DNA of 30,663 nt from an uncultured virus (IMG/VR IMGVR_UViG_3300023198_000617). Lineage: Duplodnaviria; Heunggongvirae; Uroviricota; Caudoviricetes; Crassvirales. The notes beneath the pieces were generated by a model. The model made no database searches, was not told the DNA's origin, and saw only the letters and a list, made by a program, of their open reading frames with translations. Positions within the stretch are counted from its first letter, which is position 1; each line of letters opens with the position of its first letter. The DNA lies in the IMG/VR virus record IMGVR_UViG_3300023198_000617. One strand, 5' to 3'. Of the stretch, positions 23,955 to 30,663 are shown in pieces. Both the position numbers and the translations under genes were made by a program.

Positions 23955-24445
23955 AATTTTGGTTTTTGTTCATAATAATCAACTTCGATATTCTCATCAT
24001 GAATAGCAGATGATAATCTACGCTTGTTTGCTCTACTCATAATAATGCTATATGCACTATGATTTGGAACAGCACAAGTACGTTTATCCCAAAACCATTT
24101 ACAATTGTACCCGTTGAAATGCTTATTCAAGTGATACACAAGTTGTTTCGCTGCTTTTGCTATCGCATCTCTTGCCCATAGCTTTTTAGTTGCATCCCAA
24201 TCCGGTCTGAGGGAACGTCTGTCGATGTCACCATCAGGGGTCATCTTTACTATCACCTTTTGCTTCCTAATTCCAAGAGTACCCAAAGAAGGCATTAGAA
24301 AGTCTTTACCCTCTAAGATGATGTCATCTATCACTTGATCTATAAACCTCTCCCAAACACGCTTAAACGTATGAAAATTGACAGGTTTGGTAGCATTCTC
24401 CTTATAGAACCTGAATATATTTTTAATCCCTTGCTTCTCCTGCAT
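23951..24445 (-). CDS. crAss-type IHF/HU-like DNA-binding protein, 164 aa
   Basis: Basic protein with IILEGKDFLMPSLGTLGIRK (HU/IHF-like arm start), PDWDATKKLW, VYHLNKHFNGY...WDK; located between two ring genes as in crAss-like phages. Confidence 0.78.
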   Translation of the reverse strand: MQEKQGIKNIFRFYKENATKPVNFHTFKRVWERFIDQVIDDIILEGKDFLMPSLGTLGIRKQKVIVKMTPDGDIDRRSLRPDWDATKKLWARDAIAKAAKQLVYHLNKHFNGYNCKWFWDKRTCAVPNHSAYSIIMSRANKRRLSSAIHDENIEVDYYEQKPKL

Positions 24446-25139
24446 CTAATGTGTCCGTTCCATCATTAACGACATCACTCGGAGCTTGTGACTGCTGAGC
24501 AATACGTTCCTTGATAATTAAATTTTCAATATCATCTCTCATTGCTCTGCTTATCGGATAGCGTTTATCATCAGAATAAAGAGAACTTCCTTCCTCATCT
24601 ATAAACTGTGCTACTTGCGTAGGATTTTGAAACACTCCGATAACATCAATGAATTGTATAGGTTTATGATAGAGACTATTACTAATCAGATGAATCCTAC
24701 TATCCACCAGAAAAGCGTAAACCTCATTTCTATTGAACTTTCCGTTTCCTGAATGAATAGCACGATCATAACTGACAAGATTAAACTTAGCTGAGAGTCT
24801 CTCAGCAGGTCCAATCCTTGTAAATGTACCTTCGTAATTCCTGCGATCTATTGTCTCAGGAATATCAACCGTTGTTCTCAACGAATATTTACCTGAAGGA
24901 ATAGTAGGATGTATAGACGTATCCACCTGCTCAGTCTCAATGCTTCCAAGAGACTGAGTAAAAACATCATCTATCACCCTGAGATTTTTGTCAAATTTCT
25001 GCTTCAACAACTTTGCTCTTGCACTATGAACCATATCCTTGATCTGATCAATGTCGATATTATCATCATCTACGATCTTACCTCGGACGGATTCGAGAAT
25101 ACTATGAGCGATCTGATTTAGTGTTACGTTATACATCAT
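24423..25139 (-). CDS. Tail ring protein (crAss family structural protein), 238 aa
   Basis: TLNQIAHSILE...DDDNIDIDQIKDMVHSARAKLLKQ, GVFQNP, YPIS...IENLI, PSDVVNDG; ring-protein size and position. Confidence 0.8.
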   Translation of the reverse strand: MMYNVTLNQIAHSILESVRGKIVDDDNIDIDQIKDMVHSARAKLLKQKFDKNLRVIDDVFTQSLGSIETEQVDTSIHPTIPSGKYSLRTTVDIPETIDRRNYEGTFTRIGPAERLSAKFNLVSYDRAIHSGNGKFNRNEVYAFLVDSRIHLISNSLYHKPIQFIDVIGVFQNPTQVAQFIDEEGSSLYSDDKRYPISRAMRDDIENLIIKERIAQQSQAPSDVVNDGTDTLDAGEARD

Positions 25140-25147
25140 ATCTGATT

Positions 25148-25429
25148 TTAAAAGTCAACCATATATTCCGTGTGACAGATGTTGTTTATCTGTTGAGCAA
25201 CATCATGTGCCTCATCGGTAGTAAAGAAATTTATGTTCTCATAATCATCGGAATCAAAATAGTCAACTATAATTTGGATTAGATATTTAAGAACACGAAA
25301 TTTCATTTCGGGACATTCAAGATCATCTGTCCCTAACCGTTGAGCATTAGCGACACTGTTTCCGTACTCTACAAATGCTAAACGTATATTGTAGAGATAA
25401 GCATTAATTTCATCTTGTGTTGCTGCCAT
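25148..25429 (-). CDS. Small helical Cys-containing virion protein, possibly tail hub-associated, 93 aa
   Basis: Co-directional ORF with an A-rich start context, immediately upstream of the ring gene; function inferred from position only. Confidence 0.6.
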   Translation of the reverse strand: MAATQDEINAYLYNIRLAFVEYGNSVANAQRLGTDDLECPEMKFRVLKYLIQIIVDYFDSDDYENINFFTTDEAHDVAQQINNICHTEYMVDF

Positions 25430-25435
25430 TAGGTT

Positions 25436-25867
25436 TTAAGTGTTAAGTTCGTCTTTAACTTCTTCTGCTTCCTGAACTTCTTCAGGAGCTTCTTTAGCTA
25501 CAGATTTACCGTTTGAAATGATGCCAAGAGCCTTCCAACTCCGCATCTCTTTTACAGATACTTTCAAGCCTTTCAGCTTATCAAGTGCAAATGCAGGAAA
25601 AGTAATATCTACTTCTACCGCTAAGAGTTTTTGCATTTCTTTTGTAAATGCTTCAGGATCAGAAATATTAAAACGATCAGGATTGTCTTCTACGGGAGTT
25701 CCGTTGTTCTTCACAAACTCATCACGTTTCTTCTGAAACTTAGTAACAGCCTTCTCAACTTCATCAAAAGATTCTGTAAGGTCCCAAGCAAGTTGAGCAT
25801 CATCAAACTTAGTTTCGACCAGTACTTTCAATGCTTCTTCATTAGCCACTAATACTTCTAATTTCAT
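25436..25867 (-). CDS. Helical phage protein downstream of the tail fibre (DUF1617-like), 143 aa
   Basis: The pattern ALKVLVETKF...LAWDL...EVEKAV..FQKKRDEFVKNNG...AFTKEMQKLLAVEVDI resembles small proteins that follow tail-fibre genes. Confidence 0.62.
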   Translation of the reverse strand: MKLEVLVANEEALKVLVETKFDDAQLAWDLTESFDEVEKAVTKFQKKRDEFVKNNGTPVEDNPDRFNISDPEAFTKEMQKLLAVEVDITFPAFALDKLKGLKVSVKEMRSWKALGIISNGKSVAKEAPEEVQEAEEVKDELNT

Positions 25868-25893
25868 AATTTAAAATTTAAGATTTATAAATA

Positions 25894-26049
25894 TTATACA
25901 TCATCAAAAACATCTCCAACAACATCTGTATTCTCTACAGTATCAGCCTGTCCTTGATCAGCCATATATTGAGTCAAAGCAAGAGCTGTTAGATTTTTAT
26001 ACCATCCTTTGACAACGGTTTTATTTTCCGAACTTACAGCATCTAACAT
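25894..26049 (-). CDS. Small hypothetical protein, 51 aa (not in ORF track); possibly the 3' part of a frameshifted gene starting at 26092
   Basis: MLDAVSSENKTVVKGWYKNLTALALTQYMADQGQADTVENTDVVGDVFDDV*; fills the gap between the fibre gene and the 143-aa gene. Confidence 0.55.
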   Translation of the reverse strand: MLDAVSSENKTVVKGWYKNLTALALTQYMADQGQADTVENTDVVGDVFDDV

Positions 26050-26104
26050 ATGGCGTTGTCGATAATCCTGTATAAGTTACATCTGCTTCCATAATTTTTA
26101 CTTT

Positions 26105-28972
26105 TTAATGTAGTGAATAATATATATAAACGTATGCTGCTCCTGTTGAAGAATCTTCATTCTGATCATAATATGCGTATGTTATATTGGTAGAACCCGT
26201 CATTCTATCTGGAGTATTAGTTAGTGACATTGTAATCCATCCAGTTGAATCAACACTTACAACATCATAACGATCAACACTTGCAGTTGTTCCTATATTT
26301 ATTTGATCTAATCCAGTTCCATTGAATATTGTAGTAACTTCTACATGGGCATCCCATATAACAGCACCTGTAGGTAAGGTTATGATTGTAGTTTGATCAG
26401 TATTGGTATATAATACTTGAACTCTTTCTACAAACATATTACCACCAACTAGTTCAGCAAGGGTTTTAGTTCCTGTTACACCATCAGTAAACTGCAAATT
26501 ACCACTACCGTCTTCATCAATATAAGTGTTGGTATCATTAAAATACAGAGTAACTACAGTTGGAGAATCAGTAAATTCAAGTGCAGTTTCTCCTGCATTT
26601 ACTTGAGGAATCTTTAATGCTTCTGTTAAATACGATGCAGGAACATCTGTAAGACCTAAGAAAGTAGTAACACCTGTTCCTCCTGCTCCACCACCTGCAC
26701 TTGTATTTGGGAGTTTTCCTCTTAGGTCTTCAGTAGCATATAATACCCAATCGTCAGTTTTATATGTAAAAGTAAACCTTGCAATCAAGAATCCTACTCC
26801 TTGAAATGCTGCTGGAATAGTATATATTGAGTAGTTCGATGGGTCTTGAACTGCTGTATCAGGTGCAACAAAAGAATAACTATTACTTGGAAGGTTCATC
26901 ATTAACTGAGATGGTTCTCCTGCTGAGTTTACTACACCCCAAACTACAAATGAAAATGATCTGTTACTAAGAGTATTTCCCTGAGAATCAGCTAACTGAG
27001 TATTAAGATTACTTATAGCTGCATAAGGTGTTGTAAAATTATTTACTACATGGACATGACCTGATACTTCAAGATCAAATGCGTCAAATGATTGAGGATG
27101 CATTTGGAAGATTGATCCACTTGTTACTGTCAGCCATACATCATCCGGTGTAGGACCAGTATCAACACTTACCGCACCTTCCACACCTGCATTCCACTGA
27201 GAATCAAAACGTCTTATTTTAGCTCCGATATGAGCCAAATGACCCTGACCAGCATCATCCTGAAGGTGATCATTAAAGTTCTGATTTCTTAAAGGTCCTT
27301 CTGTTCCTGTTGTAGTTGCCGATTGAAGAACAATCTGAGCAATCTTAATATGTTCTACTACTGGAAACGATACTGTACTAAGTGTCAGAACCTTAGTAGA
27401 TTGAAGAATATATACATAATTGGTTATAGGAGCAATATCAGTTCCGGGAGTTAATACTATATCAATAGTTGAACTGGTATCTACTAGATAAAATCCATCT
27501 GTAAACAGGTAAGTTAATATATCATTCCCTGTTTGATCATCGAGATGTCCTGTTACGGTTCCTGCTGCTTCTGTAACTGTAAATGAAAACGACTCTCTGA
27601 TTGTACCATTATGGAAATTATCAAAAGTATCATTGAAATTTCTTGTGATTGATACAATTATCTCACCATCAGGAGCAGCAAGAACTGCAATAGCACCACC
27701 GATAGAAATATTATAAGAAGGAAAATTAGGTCTTATATTCGTTAGTTCTCCATCATCTTCAGATACATATAGCTGATCTCCTGCTAACCATGTTTCACCA
27801 CGAGAACTACCTGTAGCATCAAGACCTCTTACTTTACCAAATCTAGTAGCAAGACCTATCTCACCATCAGGAATATTCATTGTAGCTATCATCAGAGTAC
27901 CTTCTACTCCTAACCATGTAGATGAATTTGCCTTCTGTACTGTAGGTACTATAACTCCACCTACCAGAAACGCTGCTTTTGGTCTTAATACAGTTCCATT
28001 GGTAATTAATCCTCCTGAATCATTATAAATAAGAAGGTATGTTTCCTGTCCAACCTGTAGAACCGGACCAAGACCACTACTTATACTTAAAGTATATTCA
28101 GCATCTCCCCACCATATCTCAGCAGGATTCAGTCCCGGAGGTGGAATTACACCTGTATTAAACTTAGCAGTATCAAGTTGAACTCTTCCGTTTACAGCAA
28201 GGATAGAACCATCCCATGTAATATCAGGAGTAGTGAGAACATCACCATTTGAATCTATTGCTAATACTTGAGAAGTCGATGCTGCTGCAAGATTTGTGAT
28301 AGTTAGATCAGGAGTAGTGAGAACTGCTGAAACATAATTGAGACCTGAAGCGTACAGAAATCCATCATTAGTAGCATTTACATAGGGTAGTTCTCCGTCT
28401 AAACCATAGGAGATAATTGATGTAATAATCCGTCTTGAAAGTAAACCTGTACTATCGTCTATTGCTACAATATACGTTTCTGTATTATCAATGGAAGTTC
28501 CTGTAAAATTAAGATCGCCACTAAACACTTTATCTCCTGAGATAGTCTGATTAGTAGATAGTGTAACATATTTGGTATCTAACTCATCTATTGCAGCTTG
28601 TACATTCGTAGCTGTGAGACCTGATGCTATATTACTATAATCAATTTGGACAGCATTATAATCTCCTGCTACTGCTACTACATTTCCACTACGACCAAAT
28701 ACAGAATTAACAGCACCAGTGAGAAAATCATAAGGATTTACATGATAATAAGTTTCATCTGATTCTTTATATACAATCATAAAGTCATCTTCTCTGACTT
28801 TACCTACATCAAGAAGATCAATAAGTTTCTGTGAAATCGAATATGGAACAGAAATAGGCGTTTCCAATTGTACAATTCCTTCTTCTGTTGGAGTAGTACT
28901 CGGAAGAATTATCGAAGGTGTTGATCCTACAGGTGGAGTTCCTCCTCCACCACCAATTTCTATTGCTCCCAT
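26105..28972 (-). CDS. Tail fibre / receptor-binding protein, ~955 aa
   Basis: Start reassigned to ATG 28972 (MGAIEIGGGGG), one base after the upstream TAA. Fibre-type motifs AVNSVFGRSGNVVAVAGDY, SGLTATNVQAAIDEL, NQTISGDKVF, GVTTFLGLTDVPASY...VNAGETALEF; Gly/Thr/Ser-rich, with a beta-rich C-terminal domain. Confidence 0.8.
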   Translation of the reverse strand: MGAIEIGGGGGTPPVGSTPSIILPSTTPTEEGIVQLETPISVPYSISQKLIDLLDVGKVREDDFMIVYKESDETYYHVNPYDFLTGAVNSVFGRSGNVVAVAGDYNAVQIDYSNIASGLTATNVQAAIDELDTKYVTLSTNQTISGDKVFSGDLNFTGTSIDNTETYIVAIDDSTGLLSRRIITSIISYGLDGELPYVNATNDGFLYASGLNYVSAVLTTPDLTITNLAAASTSQVLAIDSNGDVLTTPDITWDGSILAVNGRVQLDTAKFNTGVIPPPGLNPAEIWWGDAEYTLSISSGLGPVLQVGQETYLLIYNDSGGLITNGTVLRPKAAFLVGGVIVPTVQKANSSTWLGVEGTLMIATMNIPDGEIGLATRFGKVRGLDATGSSRGETWLAGDQLYVSEDDGELTNIRPNFPSYNISIGGAIAVLAAPDGEIIVSITRNFNDTFDNFHNGTIRESFSFTVTEAAGTVTGHLDDQTGNDILTYLFTDGFYLVDTSSTIDIVLTPGTDIAPITNYVYILQSTKVLTLSTVSFPVVEHIKIAQIVLQSATTTGTEGPLRNQNFNDHLQDDAGQGHLAHIGAKIRRFDSQWNAGVEGAVSVDTGPTPDDVWLTVTSGSIFQMHPQSFDAFDLEVSGHVHVVNNFTTPYAAISNLNTQLADSQGNTLSNRSFSFVVWGVVNSAGEPSQLMMNLPSNSYSFVAPDTAVQDPSNYSIYTIPAAFQGVGFLIARFTFTYKTDDWVLYATEDLRGKLPNTSAGGGAGGTGVTTFLGLTDVPASYLTEALKIPQVNAGETALEFTDSPTVVTLYFNDTNTYIDEDGSGNLQFTDGVTGTKTLAELVGGNMFVERVQVLYTNTDQTTIITLPTGAVIWDAHVEVTTIFNGTGLDQINIGTTASVDRYDVVSVDSTGWITMSLTNTPDRMTGSTNITYAYYDQNEDSSTGAAYVYIYYSLH
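27659..27872. repeat. 16-bp direct repeat (tatctcaccatcagga) in the tail fibre gene
   Basis: Copies at 27659-27674 and 27857-27872, 198 bp apart, both encoding PDGEI. Confidence 0.8.
28223..28324. repeat. 18-bp direct repeat (atcaggagtagtgagaac) in the tail fibre gene
   Basis: Copies at 28223-28240 and 28307-28324, 84 bp apart, both encoding VLTTPD. Confidence 0.85.
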
Positions 28973-28973
28973 A

Positions 28974-29786
28974 TTAATAGTAGATATTGCTACCATTCGT
29001 AACCATATTGTCAAGAACAATAAGCATATTAATTAATTCTTCTGTTTTAGCAATATATGCAGAACTTATAATTGCATCAAGATGTGCACCACAAAGAGTA
29101 GTCTCAAGAATATTTGCCATAGCATCCTTATCTTCACAATTACACCATGCAGGAATCTGTCGATATTTATCATATACTGCAACTTTTACCTGACCATAGA
29201 CAAGAATAGTAACTTCCAAAAGTTCAGTTCTTGAATAATCACTAGGAGTAACACCTGTTGAATCTAATCCTACATATGTCATGTTGTATTCAAGTGCATA
29301 TAATCCATCAGGAAGCAGTGCTGCTGTTGTGTCACCATCAAGTTCAACTGAAGTAATAGTGTAAACAAGTTCGGATTGAACAACAAATGGTCCACTTTCA
29401 AGAGCATATAAATCTACTTGATTTTTAGCAGTAGGTGTGTTATCTACTCCTGTAACTGTCGTATCAAGAGTTATGGCTGTAATTTCAGGTATAGTAGGTG
29501 TTACAGCTTTTACTTCATCTCCTACTCCAAGTGTAAGTTGACCAGCAGTTGCTGTAGAAAGTGTAACAAATCTTGTACCTATAGTGTTATCAGCAGCACC
29601 AGTATATACACTTGTAAAATCGTATGTAGTTCGAGCGACAATCTCATACATAATACCTGCTGTCATAATTTCAGTATCAGTAAGATGTGTAACACTTTCA
29701 TTACTGAAATTACTAGTAGTATCAGTCAGAATAATAGCCTTATTATCATTCTGTTGTTGGTATCCTAAACTTAAAGTAAGGTCCAT
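28974..29786 (-). CDS. Putative tail hub / fibre-attachment protein, 270 aa
   Basis: IILTDTT near the N-terminus, an LLPDGLYALEY motif, and a C-terminal helical region with CNC, resembling crAss tail hub proteins; adjacent to the fibre gene. Confidence 0.6.
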   Translation of the reverse strand: MDLTLSLGYQQQNDNKAIILTDTTSNFSNESVTHLTDTEIMTAGIMYEIVARTTYDFTSVYTGAADNTIGTRFVTLSTATAGQLTLGVGDEVKAVTPTIPEITAITLDTTVTGVDNTPTAKNQVDLYALESGPFVVQSELVYTITSVELDGDTTAALLPDGLYALEYNMTYVGLDSTGVTPSDYSRTELLEVTILVYGQVKVAVYDKYRQIPAWCNCEDKDAMANILETTLCGAHLDAIISSAYIAKTEELINMLIVLDNMVTNGSNIYY

Positions 29787-29798
29787 CTTATTTTAATT

Positions 29799-30476
29799 TT
29801 AACGGTTTTTTTTAAATAACGTACGAAGATTAATACCTATTTTAATACCATAAGCGTTATAAGTCGAGTATCGTCTGTACTGTAATCCGTAAATTCTATT
29901 GCGTCTGACTATATCATAGTCTATTCCAAAGGTAAATAAATCAAGTGACTTATCTGAAAACTTTCGAGCATTAATACTTACTGTTCCAGATACGTAATGT
30001 CCGGTGATATATTTAGGAATTTCTACCGTTGTTATAACAGGTTGATATACAGGCTTTTCAGTAATGGTTTCGATTGTCCGAATTACCGGCTTATAATTCC
30101 ACTCTATAATCATGGTATCTACAACACCCTTTACCATAATATCAACCCATACACTTACTTCCTTTTCTACGACGAGAGAATCATTATAATGCGTGATAGT
30201 AGTATCATCTATATCCGTCGAAGGTTCAGGAGAAGAGATATAAACTTCTACTGGAACTTCTACATATACGGTATCTGTCTTGGTAACGACAGGTTCCATT
30301 GGAAGGTTCTCAATAGAATCAGCAAATACTATAAATGCTTGTAAGGAATCTAAGGATGACTGATTTGCAATAACTTTTCCCGGTGGAAGTGGTTTGAATT
30401 TATACGACAACCATCCTCCTAACGTCATTCCTATAAGTAGGAAAAAGAAAAATCCTATTACATTAGTCCTTCTCAT
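29799..30476 (-). CDS. Membrane-anchored lysis-cassette protein (spanin-like), 225 aa
   Basis: N-terminal basic residues plus a TM segment (VIGFFFFLLIGMTLGGWL), DTVYVEVPV and YNDSL stretches, and C-terminal amphipathic beta strands; overlaps the holin-like gene. Confidence 0.55.
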   Translation of the reverse strand: MRRTNVIGFFFFLLIGMTLGGWLSYKFKPLPPGKVIANQSSLDSLQAFIVFADSIENLPMEPVVTKTDTVYVEVPVEVYISSPEPSTDIDDTTITHYNDSLVVEKEVSVWVDIMVKGVVDTMIIEWNYKPVIRTIETITEKPVYQPVITTVEIPKYITGHYVSGTVSINARKFSDKSLDLFTFGIDYDIVRRNRIYGLQYRRYSTYNAYGIKIGINLRTLFKKNR

Positions 30477-30663
30477 TTATTTCGATCTCCTTTTGTTTTG
30501 TTTTATTCCAGCCTACACCTGTAAGAACTGCTGCAATACCACCTGCAAACACACCCATAGTTGCCCAATCAGGCTCCTCCTTATGAATGGTTTTCATGAT
30601 TATATAGAATGATATAGCCATGAAGGTAACGAATATTGCGAGTGAAGTCATTACAAGGCTAAA
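30463..30663 (-). CDS. Holin-like membrane protein (probably 5'-truncated by the window)
   Basis: The frame stays open to the window edge (FSLVMTSLAIF...). Two hydrophobic segments and a charged tail (NKTKQKEIEINEKD). Confidence 0.6.
   Translation of the reverse strand, partial: FSLVMTSLAIFVTFMAISFYIIMKTIHKEEPDWATMGVFAGGIAAVLTGVGWNKTKQKEIEINEKD

Larger units (their letters stand above)
1..30663 (-). mobile_element. Crassvirales (crAss-like) phage genome segment: lysis, tail, muzzle, cargo and virion RNA polymerase genes
   Basis: All credible genes are co-directional on the minus strand and tightly packed (TAATG/ATGA overlaps). The order ring - IHF-like - ring - muzzle - cargo proteins - giant RNAP matches the conserved crAss-like virion module. 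The crAss-type RNAP motifs RIPTQ and GSDFDIDK are present. No integrase or host genes are seen. Confidence 0.93.

Noticed and set aside
26105..26500. Diversity-generating retroelement target at the fibre C-terminus
   Set aside because: No adenine-variant template repeat or reverse transcriptase is visible in the window; one cannot be excluded elsewhere in the genome.
28973..29020. ORF-track start of the tail fibre at 29020
   Set aside because: It would overlap the upstream gene by 47 bp. ATG 28972, one base after the upstream stop, fits the packing seen elsewhere in the window.
252..30612. All plus-strand ORFs in the supplied track
   Set aside because: They lie antisense to long, motif-bearing minus-strand genes, have Leu/Ser/Phe/Ile-rich shadow composition and show no recognisable motifs.
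1..30663. Stop-codon reassignment (TAG to Gln or TGA to Trp), known in some Crassvirales
   Set aside because: Genes are full length in the standard code and the 3740-codon ORF has no in-frame TAG or TGA. TAG ends the muzzle gene at a plausible C-terminus, and TGA ends the IHF-like gene in an ATGA overlap.
1..30663. CRISPR arrays, tRNA/rRNA genes, intrinsic terminators, IS elements
   Set aside because: Nearly all sequence is coding. No spaced repeats, cloverleafs, GC hairpins with a U-tract in intergenic gaps, or transposase motifs were seen.

Overview
The window is a continuous, minus-strand virion-gene block of a crAss-like bacteriophage (order Crassvirales, probably with a Bacteroidota host), read in the standard genetic code. 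In transcription order (right to left) it contains: a partial holin-like gene; a membrane-anchored spanin-like gene; a tail hub-like gene; a ~955-aa tail fibre; small accessory genes; two ring (tail tubular) proteins flanking an IHF/HU-like gene; the 1275-aa muzzle/tail-stabilisation protein; and three cargo (ejected internal) proteins. The last gene is a giant ORF absent from the supplied ORF track. It starts at 11221 and runs off the left edge (>=3740 codons), fusing an N-terminal hydrophobic membrane-type domain, a HEXXH zincin protease and a two-barrel virion RNA polymerase (RIPTQ...GSDFDIDK). Three features stand out. (1) This membrane-domain/protease/RNAP polyprotein. (2) A 1291-aa cargo protein built of modules (peptidoglycan-binding, unknown, lysozyme-like, H-x-R/E-x-QSD domain) punctuated by about ten repeated aromatic/hydrophobic-x-x-G-G motifs that continue into the next gene. 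(3) A conserved cargo domain that appears split by a stop codon at 15124-15126. Family assignments come from motif recognition and gene order, not database searches.
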